A stretch of 64,000 nucleotides of DNA, taken from NCBI GenBank assembly GCA_030704615.1, contig CM060732.1:36766001-36830000 (forward strand), in the 5' to 3' direction. Under the pieces are notes generated by a model. It saw only the letters and a program-made list of their open reading frames with translations. It had not been told where the DNA came from and ran no database searches. Each line of letters starts with the position of its first letter. Positions within the stretch are counted from its first letter, which is position 1. Positions 39,031 to 51,785 of the stretch are shown in pieces. This DNA comes from Takakia lepidozioides. Taxonomy: Eukaryota > Plantae > Bryophyta. Both the position numbers and the translations under genes were made by a program.

Positions 39031-39445
39031 TGAAAAGTCGAAGAAATACGCAGCTAAACTGTTCTTAAAGTCTCTTTTGGCGGGTTCTACTTCCTCCGGA
39101 GCTCACAAGGCCTCGGTGGAATTTAGAGAAGTCAAGAGAACATCTACGGGGCAGGTCGGGCACTTGAAGTCGCCACCTCATGCTCCAGTGACCCCGTAAG
39201 GGCTTTGCAAACAAAAAAAACAAAACAATAAGGGTCTTCTTCGACTTTATCTTCATTTCTCCGAATTCCCCGGAGGCCTTGTGAGCTCCTGAGGAATTGG
39301 AACCCGGCAAGAGAGCCTGTAAGAACAGCTTAGCTCCTGCGTTCTTACTGGATTATCTCTTGACATCACCAACTTCCCTAGAAGCCTTGTGAGCTCCCAA
39401 GGAATGTCCATGCGCCAAAAGAGCCTCCACGCGCAGCTTAGCCTC
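39031..39445. repeat. Three ~100-bp coding-like repeats, one inverted (forms an ~88-bp-arm inverted repeat)
   Basis: 39050-39137 (+) matches the reverse complement of ~39250-39337 with about 15 mismatches by eye. A third copy is at 39355-39445 (-). All encode AKL..xALL...S.GAHKAS.E....K. Confidence 0.85.
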
Positions 39446-39779
39446 CATCGCTTCCTTGTGAGACGTGACAGAGTCCATTACACAAGAACTTACTTCATTG
39501 GTTCTGTAACGTCCCCAACAAACTGCAGGTCTATGGCAGTAGTACTGCCTGCGACAATCGCCCTTGCAAGAGACATTCTGAATAATTAAGAACACACCAG
39601 GTTAGAATCCAAACCAGATAGCAATCCAGCCCATGTAAAGAATCATAGCCAGATCACATTACCGGTCATATTGCAGCACCCTGTAAGTTAATGGCCATGC
39701 AAGCAGTAGCCATGCCTGTGACGTCAATCTTTACAGTCTAGGAAATGTTTCCAGACCTACTAGGTATCCAGATTCAAGC

Positions 39780-40930
39780 CAAGCTGCATACAAAGTGAAG
39801 ATATTCCTCCCTGAATCATACCGGAAAAAAGGTACTCCCTGAGTATCTTAAAACATAGCAGGAACTCCAGGAACTCCATGGTAATGGTTTACCAAACCAC
39901 TGCAATATAATGCCCCTCTGGGGGAGATGTTATCTCAAAACAGGTATCTTCAAACATTGCAGTAACTCCAGAACTTGCAGGCCTAGGTATCTTCAAACAC
40001 TGCAGGAACTCCAGGGTAGTGGTTTACCAACCTACTGTAAAACAAGGTGAAGATAATACTCCCTGAATCATACCGGAAAGAAGGTACTCCCTGAGTATCT
40101 TTAAACATGGTAGGGCCTCCAGGGTAATGGTTTACCAAGCCACTGCAATTCAGTGCCCTACTGGGGGAGATGTTATCTCAAAACAGGTAACTTCACACAC
40201 TGCAGAAACTCCAGGGTACACTGTTACCTTCAAACACTCCCAAGTTCACCTTCTTTTATACATTGCAGGTCTATGGGAGCTGTTCTTCCCAGCTTGACAT
40301 ATCTTCCCAGCTTTTTGAAAGACCTCCCTTCCACATACTTTAAACCATATTAGGTAGTAGCTGCAGGCAGGGTGAAGATAGACCTCCTCGAACATTTATC
40401 ACCAAAAAGTGCATTACCAAACCAAGCCTGCAATGGAATCAGCTCAGTCACAAACTCCTAGGTAATGGTTTGTTCAAAGCCATTGCCATGAGTTAAAATT
40501 TTTAGGTTTACGGAAGTAGCCCTATCTATGGTCTGAAATCTTTAAGCACCATCTCCCTGAATCTTTAAGCACTATGCGGAAATTCCAGGGTAGTGATATC
40601 TACCATGCCATAGTAATAATCCAAACCAGCCATGTCTTCCATGCCATAGTAACACCCCAAAACAGGTCAGAGTTTTAAACAGCTCAGAAACCCTACTGTA
40701 GCGGTTTATAGCCATTGCATAGGAATATGACTTTCAGATCTGTGGCAGTTGTACTGCCTATGGCTTCGGTCTTTCTTGATTATGAAAGAACTCCATATGT
40801 TCCTAGACCACCTTAGGTAGTATACAAGGTAAAGCATGTACTACCTGAACCACTTTACATAATGTAGAATCATCAGGGTAGTGGTTAACCCAAAGCCTTT
40901 GCAAAGGAATACATTTTTGAGTACCATGAC
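39780..40930. repeat. Complex degenerate repeat region
   Basis: (C)TCCAGGGTA(A/G)TGGTTTACCAA recurs. A near-exact duplication GTGAAGATA...TCCCTGAATCATACCGGAAA...GGTACTCCCTGAGTATCTT...GGGGAGATGTTATCTCAAAACAGGTA occurs at ~39795-39947 and ~40048-40190. Confidence 0.75.
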
Positions 40931-42644
40931 AACTCGAAATGCATCAGGGTATGTCGTAGGTGGAACCTTCTTTATCACCTTGCAGGTCTGAGAAAGCTGG
41001 GCCTGTGACATTGCTTCCTTGTATTTGAAAGAACACCTGGCTTATCTTACAATAAGCTGACGAACACGCAGGATGAAGAGCCACTACAGGTGACTTCCTC
41101 TTTCCCTCACAAGCCAACACAAGCCAGTTTTGGCTCTCGTCCACCCACTGAACTCAAGACGAGCTATTCGAGAAAATGCATACAGGATTAGGGCTGCACC
41201 TGAACTTAGCATTAGCCTTAGTTTCCAAGGTCGTGCAATCAGCCAGTCCTGTCGTTATGTGTACTTAGTGAGGTAGAATGTGGTCGAGCTCCACATCTCC
41301 TCATCCTGGTAAATCCAGTACTAGAGTTTTTACCATGAATAGCTCATGGTTGCCTTTATCCTAAGAAGGAAATCAAGATAATTGACACTTCAAGGAAGCA
41401 AGGGAAGAGACTACTTCCCTTGTGAAGCCAACTTGAACCTTTCCCAATCGATCTCTTGGCCCAAATTGCAGCTCGTAAGTCTTTCAGGGCTGCATTTGGA
41501 TGAGCCTCAGCCAGATTCGTAAAATCCTTCATTCCTGTCACTTGGAGTATTTACAGAGGGAGGAAGTGGTTTCTCCGCATCCCTTCATTGTCAAGGTAAA
41601 GCCATTAACGTTGGTATTACCCAGAACAGACCAAGGCTGCCCTTTCCTCATGATAGAACCATACTTAAAATGTAACAAGAAAGCACTCATAATTGGGTAA
41701 CATATTCGCTTCACCTTTGCCCCAGCCGCAGCCAAACAGAATGGCACCCTGTGTATTGGATGACTTCCTGGCTCTGCTCCATGCACAATAAGGAAGTTAC
41801 TTCCAGAATAAATCAGGCTGCATTAGGATGAGCCTCTGCCAGAATCTTGAAAACGGCCAGCCCTGTCACTTAAAGTACTCATAGAAGGAGGAAGTGGTTT
41901 CTCCACATCGCCTCATCATCAAGGTAAAGTCAGTGAAGGCTGCCCTTATCTTCATGAAAGCTGGGTATGCAGGGAGAAGGTGGCAATTCCCGTCTCTGCC
42001 ATGATTGCATCTCGGTGACGCTTATGAATGTGTCCACATATTTGCGCGACACTCCTTGTACCAGTATTTACGAAGTTGCCACATCAGGCGGTTACGTCAT
42101 CTGACCCCTTGTAGTTCAATTAACCCTGATTAGGGATATCAAAACCATGGACATTAGGTCCATAAAAGTTTTTTTTTGAGCTTGCACCATACTGATTTTT
42201 CCAGGTGTTAAAGGGATGTAATAAAAACACTGCCACTGAATATTGATAGATACGTGCCTGTTGTGACATGTAGACACCTACGGGCCTACTACAGAGCCAT
42301 AGACTATCAAATGTTTACCCTGATTAGGGACCCAACAATAGGCTTGTCATCATATCAGGGGACCTTGATTAACCCTGAATAGGGATCATTAAACAATAGG
42401 CATGTCTCCTTATAACCCTGAACAAAAAAGTTTACAGAGTGGTAAAGGATCAATAAAAAATCAATCTACCAAGGATTGCAGAGAGAGGGAGAGAGAGGGA
42501 GAGAGGACCCTCCACCATAGCCCCTGGTTTTGCAGTCTCAAGAAGAGTGAGTGTGGTATGCACTCCCTTGAGTACCAGACCCTTACTCTTAAATGTTTTT
42601 ACATAAACACCTCTCATACTCTATTGTGTAGTCGAGATTGATTA

Positions 42645-44780
42645 TCAATCAAACATCTGTTGGTCTACACTCTCTCTGAAGCAGAAAAACAAAGGAACAT
42701 CTTTATCCAAGTATTGAAACATTGAGTCATAAGATGTCATACCTTTCATCAATCCTAGTAACTCATTCATTTGGAATCTGATTCCAGGGAAGACTCCTTC
42801 TTCCAACAGTCGAGTCAGAATGTTAAAGAGTTTCCCCGAGTGAAATCCATTTCTGGTTAGGGTTTGGATAAGAATCGAGAGTTCGCTCTTAGCCAGAAAA
42901 GCACAGCTGGAAAGGTATAAAATAGGAACAGCTTGAGAAATTACCACATTGAAAGATTGTTTCATGTGCAGGTTGATTGGCAAGAAAGTGAATGTATTGT
43001 GTATAATGAAAAGGGAGAGCCCTCCTCTTGTCATATTTCTTGAATTCGTAAGCTCATGTTTCTGGATTGAGCAAGTTAGTTGCAGATTCAGAAAACTAGC
43101 TTCAGAGCCAACCAGAGTGTTAGGAATGACCTTCATGATCTCAGGCTTGATCTCCACAATATCTAATGGATAAATCCACCATGGGTTATCTTCCGTTTTT
43201 TTTTTACTCAGGATCCGGGAACTGCATGGCTTCTCCAACATTGACCCAACAAATGTCGTCAATGTATCGGAAAGCATGTAGGAATCTGGACATCAAATCA
43301 TATTTGCCCAAAGCAGCCAGCCTCTTGTTGAATTTGCATTCATAGTATACAACGTAGATGTTGCGCCACATGGGTGAACAAGAAAACCCCATAGGGATTC
43401 CAGAGACTTGTTGCCAGACCCAATCCCCCAGAGTCACAAAGCAGTGGGTCATTAGCCAGACATGGAGATTCACAAGTTTTTCTGTAGAGAATCCCACCCA
43501 CAGACCAGATTTGGGTGCTGAAGGACCCCACCTTGTTTTTCCAAAACTTGCTTTGTTGATTGAAACTGCACCCAAAGGCTATGTTTTGCCCGTTGGTACT
43601 TGCGGTGATACTGCTTAAAAGCAGTATTTACAATGTCCGAGATAGCATTTCCCAGGTTTTTGTTACCTGAAAAGGGAATGTTCTCATAACACTGCGTAAT
43701 GTCAGCAACGAAAACATTATAGATCTTCTCTGATAAATTCAGGCTAAACTCTGTGACAAAGTCTACAATCCAATACATGGAAGTAGAGACCTTACCGAAA
43801 TTCTTGTAACAGAGTAGCATATCACTGATCCATTCCTTGATCAAGGTCAATAAGGCCATAGTAGCGACAGTTAGTATTTGTGCAACTAGAGAGAACACAC
43901 TACTGTGGGCATTAATAATCCACATGTATTTCTTTTTGTGTAGCTTATAGATGCCCATGAAATATGGAAGCTTCAAGTCATATATCTGAATTTCAGGTAT
44001 CAGTTGCTGTAACTCATCAAAGACAAACTTTAGTACAACATCAGGGTTCAACCATACCTCATTCTTCATGCAGGGTTTGAAATCTTTCCCCATTAGATGA
44101 TGGAAAGCCTGTAGTCTGATATGCCTTATGCACATGAAACAGACATTGTTGTTAGCCTTGTCCAGACCAGACATGTACAGGTGATCAAGTAGCCAACTTA
44201 GTTCATTTTGTTCTTCTTTAAGAAGCAATGGGTTCTCATCATGGATCTTAAAGGTAGACTTACATCTACTGGCTTTCTGCTGCAGGTTGTACCAACACGT
44301 TTTCTTGATCCATTCCATACATTCTTTTTTCCACGAAGCATTTTCATTCACTTTTGAGTATCACACAAGTTTTTATAAAAGTCGATACTACAGCCTCCAC
44401 CACTTCACATAAGACTATGCGTCTTAGGGGAATATGGTTGATGCCCAGACATAAAAGTCTTCTGAGTTTAGGGTGTCGTATTTCTTCCAGATCCATCGTT
44501 TTGACATGCTTACTAGTCTGATGCCCTGGTAAGTGGAACTCATTTATTGTGTCCTCATCACAGGAATTTGCCAATCTCTTGAATTTCTCACAGCCACATG
44601 TATTTACATTTAGTATGTCAGCTTGGAAAGAGAAATCCCTGAAAACCCTAGCAGGCTGATAGTATTTAGCTCCACTGTGCCTGTGATAAGTCCATCCAAA
44701 AATGATCTCATCTACTAAGGAAGATAGCTCTTCTTGGTTACAAGCTACTAAGGCTTCCTTAATCAAATTTTTAGCATTGA
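42645..44780 (-). mobile_element. Penelope-like retroelement remnant (Naiad/Chlamys-like RT), 5'-truncated
   Basis: Frameshifted ORFs read TCGC...HVKTMDL..IRHPKLRRLL.LGINHIP; LDKANNNVCFMC; LPYFMGIYKLHK; ADITQCYENIP; QQVSGIPMGFSCSP; FRYIDD (YIDD 43255-43266); FLNLQL. This is a PLE-type RT, with no C-terminal GIY-YIG seen. Confidence 0.75.
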
Positions 44781-44781
44781 T

Positions 44782-45857
44782 CCAGGTAGGCCAACACTGC
44801 TGCATCTTCATGTACATCCTTAGCACCACCAAACTCCTCACTGATCTCTGGATCGTCAAGCACACTATCTCTATGACCAATCACATGGGATGGACCAGCT
44901 TGAGCTCCCATTGCTAGAATGCATAAAAAGACAGATGCGTGTCATCCTAGCACCATCTCCTCATCCGTCTCACCATGCCAACGAGCTCATGTATCATCAA
45001 GCTCACTTGTGCATGGATTGTGACTCGATCCATCCACATCTCGGTTGACTATTCCGGCTCGATGCACCACCTGGAAGTCGTATGCTTGAAGCATAAGTGC
45101 CCACCGTGCAAGCTTCCCTGTAAGCTTGTCTGACTCCATCAACCACTTCAATGGTTGGCGATCCGTGACAATGGTGAAGAGATTGTCATAGAGGTAGCAT
45201 CTAAAATGTGTCATTGCCCATACTGCAGCTAGACACTCCCGTTCATAGGAACTATACTTCGCCTCGGCATCATTGTTCGAGCGGCTAGCATATGCCACTA
45301 TGAACTCTCTTCTCTCATCATCCACCTGTGTGAGCACTGCTCCAATCCCTAGCATACTCCAATCCGTATGTAGCTGGAAAGACCGCCCCCGAATAGGCGC
45401 AGAAGTCAATCGAGCCTTGAGTTCCTTAAAGGCTTCATATGGCTCCTCCTCCCACTGCCACTCCTGACCCACCTTGGTCAACTTGGTAAGAGCTTTCGCA
45501 ATGCTGCTAAATCCCTTGACAAACCGACGATAGTAGTTTGCCAACCCCATGAAAGCATGAACTCTGCTTACATCTATGGGGCGTGGAATGCGTGCAATGG
45601 CCTCCACCTTTGTCTGTTGAACACCCAATCCTCCAGGGTATATCATGTGGCCCAGATACTCAATCTGGTCGTGGAAGAATTTGCACTTTCCAGGGTGCAG
45701 TTTCAATCCATGTGCCCTCAAGCGCTCAAACACCATCTGAAGGTGTCTCTCATGCTTCTCAACCGTGGCACTAAAGATGATGATGTCATCAATGTAGCAC
45801 CGGCGCGAAGTCTAGCCCTGCAAGAATCCTATCCATGACCCTCTGAAACTCTGCAGG
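44782..45857 (-). pseudogene. Gypsy RT C-terminal half + RNase H
   Basis: PAEFQRVMDRILAGLDFA(fs)CYIDDIIIFS, LKLHPGKCKF, IEYLGH, LHTDWSMLGIGAVL, YASRSNN, ECLAAVWA, KLARWALMLQ, and linker KDVHEDAAVLAYL. Confidence 0.93.
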
Positions 45858-47714
45858 ATGTGGTATAGCTTTATAGGATTGTGTGCTTAGATTGTGTGGT
45901 GGACAGCGATGTTTGTTGTGGCACGATGCTTAGGTGCACGACATATCCTACAAAAAAATAACACATTATGGAGAAACAAAGTCACAATAACCAACACCAC
46001 CCAAAACACACAAATACCAAACAATAAGTGAACAATTTAATACATTGAGGCAAACAACGGGTTTCGCCGCCAGCGAAATAAATCAAGGTATCAGGTTTCA
46101 TCAGCGAAATTTCAAGGTATCGTTGCTTCCAATGGTTTCGTGGGCAAAACAAAATGAGTTGTGTTTGGTTTTGCATCTATTTGCATCTGTAAGATATTTA
46201 ATATCTCTAAATTACGTATCACTAGCAAGTTTTCAGCATCTAAGCTGGTTGTGCCCTCAGTCAACATATCTTTAAAAAGTTTGAAGAGCACAAATTTGAA
46301 GCTTCAAAGCTCATATGCACATTGGGACTTCTAAACCTACAATCTTAACATTAGTGGATATAAAACTATCATAAACGGTATGTAACTTGATTGATCTGAA
46401 GGGATATGAAATCACAAGATCACATGTTGTGGAAAGTGGGAAAAACGTGGATATTATTTGCAACAACCTTTCTTAATGCTTTGGGTGAGTAACAAAACCG
46501 ATTTGGGATCGATTCTCCAAAACAACAACAAAACATGTTTAAACCACCGAGGGCTGTGGAATTAGATGATGTGGCATCCCTTGTCCAACATCGACCTAAT
46601 GGCACCAATTTCAGTTCCTATGTGGGTGAAGATGTGTAATCTCACCCCTTCATAAATCAAGACCTGCAAATAGGATGTCGTGGATGGTGTACAGATAGTA
46701 AAAAAAAACAAATGTGGCTATTGCATGGCCCTTGAGATCCTTTCACTACAAGCTGTCTGAAAAGAGTGATGACATCATTATAAGGACCAAAAATGACATG
46801 CCAACGGGCTTGAGCAGATCCAAGAATCATAAAAGCCAGCTGTTTAATTGGCATTGCCCGTATCTGAGATGCAACCGCAGCCCTACTACAACTAGTGGCT
46901 GCACAGGCAGCATGGCTTGGTTTGACCACCGTCTGGTACATGTTCAATAATTTGGGAGTTTTTTTCTTGGATGCATCTCACCCTTCTACTAGCAGCAAAC
47001 TCCATAGCTTTATGGTATGGCTTATCAAAACAATGAGAAAGGCTGTCATGGCGCAAATTACTTTCCAGCTTACGAGGGGTTACATGATGGAGGCTGCTCT
47101 GGAATTTACTGCAAATCCACTAGCCAAACTACTCAAGAAACTGGGTAATGTTGGGGCTGCTAAGTGCATTGAAAAAATAATCAAAACTGGTTCATTTACA
47201 GAGCTACTACTCAAACCTCTTGCCAAAAAGTAGAAGTTTGAAGGTTGTGGGATAACACCTCCTCCTAACAAGTTTGCAGGAACCAGAGGCAGAGGTATAC
47301 AATCAAGAGGTAGAGGAGGATATGGTCGTTGATCCCCTTCAGGCCGTGGTGTATCTCCAGGACGTGCACTGTCTAACTCATCCTACTCTGATCAGTCATG
47401 CAGTTACTCTTCAAACAACTCTGGAGCTTCATGAGATGTTGTCAACATTGGCAGTACTGCCTCTAACCGCACCAGAACCAGACTAGGGGAGGACTCTCTT
47501 ATCAAGAGACGTGACTTCAGTTCATGGGATAAGTGAAAAATAGGTATAACTCAGTTCCTATATGTGTTGGATGTATGCAGTGATGGACACAAGTGAAGAA
47601 GAGGAGGTTGTTGAAACAAGAAATTACAACAGCATGGCAGACGAAAGTTGATCAGAAATAAAAATGCTGCACCCTTGGGGTACATACACATTCTATATCC
47701 CAATAGGGGTATCG

Positions 47715-48711
47715 TACTAGAGAGACAGCAGCCAGTGTGATTACTAAGGAGAGAGATCGGATTCTACAACGAGCCAAGAAGTTCAAGTGGGAAGGGACTC
47801 ACCTACTCCGAGTATGGGAGGATGGACAAGCGAGGATTGTGCCTCATCCAACACAACGAACGCGATTGGTATGCCATGCCCATGAGGAGTTGAGACATTT
47901 TGGGGTGCGGCGCACTCATAGTTTGCTGCGAGGACAGTATTGGTGGCGGGGCATGCACATTGATGTGCAACAGTTAGTGGCAAGGTGCATGGTGTGTGAT
48001 AGAGTGCGGGCTTCTTTCAATGTACCTACTCCACAATTGCATTATTTATCCATTATGGGTTTGAGCTATCGTTGGAGTCTTGACTTCGCAGGCCTATTGC
48101 CACTAATGGTTTGCTATAACAAGTATGTGCTGGCGATGGTAGAACATTTTTCCAAATGGATTGAATTGGTGGCATTGCCTGCAAGGCAAGTGAGGGGGCT
48201 GCGTATGCATTCTTAGATCGAGTGCTTAGCCAATTTGGTACTCCAACCGAGGTACTCACGGATTAGGGAAGAGAGTTCTTGGGGGAGTTTCAGGCTTTGT
48301 GTGAGCAAGCCTTGATAGATCACCACACTACTTCTCGGGATCATCCCGAGGCTGATGGCTTGGCCGAGAGGGTTGTGCAAACAGTTAAGCGAGGCTTGCG
48401 CAAGTATGGCTTGCAAAATGGACACTTGGGAGATTGAGACTTTCAGCTACCTTGGTTGGCCATGGGTTACAGGTTTAGCAAGCAAGCGTCACTTGCCTCA
48501 TTCTCGCCTTATTTCTTTCTCTTTGGCCGAGAGCCAGATTTGCCTGCATCTATTCGCAGGGAGACTGCAGTAGTCCTCAACCTTGATGATCCGAATGGGT
48601 GGACACAAGCATGTGCCCAACGGGCAGAGTTGTTCAAGAGAGTCATGTCTTTGGCTTTTGAGAACCTTACTATTGCCCAACACCGAGACATATTGAGGTA
48701 CGCCACTATAC
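47715..48711 (+). pseudogene. Gypsy integrase fragment in inverted orientation
   Basis: KERDRILQRAK, HAHEELRHFG...CMVCDR (HHCC), WSLDFAG, EHFSKWIEL, VLTD*GREF, HPEADGLAERVVQTVKR, SPYFFLFGR, IAQHRD.LRYATIR. Confidence 0.9.
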
Positions 48712-49137
48712 GTGTCTTCAACCCAAATGGTAGGAAGCGCCATTGGTACAAACAATCCTTCCTATGCTGGTCAATCCCCCAGAATGTCGTTTTTTGCTTG
48801 TCAGTCTCTTTGATTGGCAACTGGTGATAACCCGATTGTAAGTCCAATGTGCTAAACACCTTCGCATGCCCAATGACATCAAAGATTTCCTCTGGAGTTG
48901 GCATGACATATCTATCGGACTTAGTCTGACGGTTCACAGGACGATAGTCCCCACACATCTTTCTTTTTGTCCAATTGCCATAGATATCCTTCTTAGCTGG
49001 CATCACCGTTGCCGAGGCATACTCCCCGCCTGACAACTCCACCAATCCAGCTTCGAACAACTTCATAGTCTATGACTAGATCAAAGACCTCTCCATATCA
49101 CTATACCTGTAGGGCCTTCGAAAAATTGGCGTGTCAC
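48712..49137 (-). pseudogene. Gypsy RT N-terminal half
   Basis: DTPIFRRPYRYS, EYASATVMPAKKD, RKMCGDYRPVN, FSTLDLQSGYHQL, KTTFWG, WRFLPFGLK. Confidence 0.93.
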
Positions 49138-50099
49138 TTGGGCAGTTGCAGGATTGGGTGGATCAAAAGCGGCACATGTTGAGTCCACTGGAAGTCCATG
49201 ATTTTTTATTTTTTTTTGTTGAGTCTATTGCTTTTAGTTTATTTTTTAAAGATAGATAATAATATACATAACATTTTTAGTAAAGAGTCCCTCCTCAAAT
49301 ATTGAAAACATTCTTTACTAGATATTTTAATCTTTAATTTGAAAAACCATTTAGACGTCAAAATCTAGAGTTATTAACCACTTGTCCATATACCACATGG
49401 CATCTCTAGATTATAGGTTTGTATGCCTTTTTTAATAATAGACGACACCTCAAAAACCCAAAACATAAGATGCTATGGACTAGAGCAAATCAACATGTTT
49501 TTATGTGCAAAATAGTCCATAGCTCTCAATTCCTAAGATAACTAGTCCATATAAAAGTGGATTTGGATTGGATTTAAAAATGGCACCCCTAGTGTGTTTT
49601 CCTTTGTGCCAGTGTATAAGTGTACATGATGTTTTTTCAGTTCATAAGATTTTATGTGTAACATCTGCACTCCACAATAATCAACTTTAAAAGTTCATGA
49701 TTGTTTTTGCAATTTAACAATTGGTACACATACCTATTGTAGTTAGAAACCTTATACCATATAAATTTAAATGAAATATTGAGTTGTTGGACAAATATGG
49801 GAAACACCTTGAGAACATCCTCTGGGGAAGAAACATTCTCAACCTCTTCAAAAACATTGGCCACCTTGGCCTCCAACTGATCCTCAGTGTATGGCTCCCC
49901 CCACTCCTCATACTGCTGCTTGAGAGATCCAATGACTCTCTCTTTGCGCATCTCATCCCACATCTGCCATGGGTGTTTGCACCCCATGATCTTGTGCTCG
50001 CCCCCACTCACTGCCTCCACCGTCCCGGTTGGCAGAGATGGTGTAATATCTCATGGAAGTGCAAAAGTAGCCACCAATGTTTGCAATCTTCGTTGCTTA

Positions 50100-51060
50100 G
50101 CCATACACAAGCCAATGACCTATGTCAAGCAATTGAGATCCATTGCCTAACCCAACACCTGGCGTCGTGATGCCTCTGAACAGCTGGCACAGCTATAGTG
50201 CCCGTGACAAATCCCATTGCCCGCTCTCACTCATCCGCATTGGGCTCCACCAATTGTTGTAGCACACTGTCCCAAATCAACCCAGGACCATTGTCTCGAA
50301 AAGCATGAGACAAGGGAAAGCTCATGAGCGTAGGCAAGGCTGCAAGTGGTTGCCCCACTTGATTTACCATTGCTAGAGGTGGACAGTCATCATGTCGCAC
50401 CCTCTGTGGTTGCCTCCTTTGGTCCAAAATGCCCTCAACTATGAGATTGGGTGGCCGTTGAATGGAATCGTATGCTCTCTTGAGCAGCTCTGGTGGTGCA
50501 AGATTGGTCCACCACAATCGAGGTCGATGCGCTCGTGATCCCACCGTTGCTGCATCCAATAGCACCGCCGATCCAATCCTAGACCGCACCTGATGCATAC
50601 TGGCCATAACCTTGGCCCGAGAGTCCCCCATAAGAGGAACATTCTCCAAGATATAGGCTAGAGGTTGCACTTGCCTCGTATGCAAGTCATGCAACACTCT
50701 CAACATCTCCCAAAACAAATGCAATCATGCATCATGCAAGCCATTCCCATGACCTGCGGGAGAGTGTCCTTGGCAAGGCCATCTAGCTATCACCAAATCA
50801 ATGGCACCATGCCGGTCCAAATCATCCGCCCCCAGCAAGGTAATGTCTACTGGCAAGGCCTTTTGATACCCTTGAATTGCTGAGAGAGACAACAACTCAT
50901 GATACCGGTGTATGAGCAAGGCGATGTGACGCATAGAAATACGTCGAGCTATCTCATCCTTCTCCACATACAAGCACTTGCGTACTTTAATCCCTGCTTG
51001 CAACACTCCTACAAGCCCAATGCTTATGTCTCCAAACATGTCTAGCAAACAAATCCCTGA
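50100..51060 (-). pseudogene. C5 cytosine DNA methyltransferase domain embedded in the Gypsy pol
   Basis: Motif I LLDMFGDISIG (~51020-51055), II YVEKD, III DIT, IV IDLVIARWPCQG (PCQ 50770-50778), VI YILENV (ENV 50638-50646), VIII SRAHRPRLWW, IX E*ERAMGF, X RRQVLG*AMDL (~50135-50165). It is in frame across TGA stops, with a frameshift before motif X. Confidence 0.92.
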
Positions 51061-51539
51061 GTCGGGTGGTTGCCAGATAATGGGCATTGTGTCCAAAGGA
51101 GCTAACTGAGGAGGTCCGGGTAATGTCACTGAACTCCCCTCACTCACCAATGGAAGGCCTCCTGCCATGCTTGGTGCAAACACTCGCCTGCTACTCGATG
51201 CAAATTCCCAACTGTACCCCACAGTGGAATATGAATAGGCATATGAGAAAGCAAATCAGCCTTGTATGCAAATTGTTTGTCCTCATCAGGTGGTGGCCTA
51301 TCATCTACATGGCTATTGCCCTCCAAGAGCTCACCACCCCAAGCCACCACCCCTGACAATGCAGCCAATGTGGGCATCATGTTCCTATGATCCACCGCTA
51401 CATTCCCAATAAACCGCACTAGAAGCAGTGCACGTCGACCATCCCCTAACTGCCATTCCGACCTATAAGATGTCGTTTCCTCCCAAAAGTCCAAAGTAAA
51501 GCCCATCGGGTATAACACAGCCCCACCAACAAGCAATCG

Positions 51540-51785
51540 TAAGACATCGCGTCCGTAACAATGACTTTAGCTCTCATGACAGAGCCATCTATAGGATGAT
51601 CTGGCTACAATCGAATGAAGAGCTCATGGCGTGTAATCCCTCGTGCCTTCTCTGAACCGCCCAAAGATGTTTGAATTTAGAAAGGGCAAGGTTCCAAATC
51701 CGCCTCTGTAAGGCCCAAGCCTGCAATTGCTGCTCTCCCTAACATCAATGTTGTGCTCCCGAGTCCAACAAGACCCGCAGTGACC
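51540..51785 (-). pseudogene. Retroviral-type aspartic protease of the DNMT-Gypsy
   Basis: LRVLLDSGAQ (DSG ~51757-51765), then (fs) LMLGRAAIAGLGL...LEPCPF*IQTSLGGSE...; the C-terminal LLVGGAVL lies near 51536. Confidence 0.8.

Noticed and set aside
40835-40890. Possible hammerhead ribozyme (minus strand ACTACC-CTGATGA...GGTAGT) near the Penelope element
   Set aside because: There is no GAAA core, and sibling repeat units have CTGGAG at the same position, so CTGATGA looks incidental.
50100-51060. Bacterial restriction-modification methylase or contamination
   Set aside because: It is continuous with Gypsy protease and RT, decayed like them, has no restriction gene, and is flanked by intron-containing plant genes.
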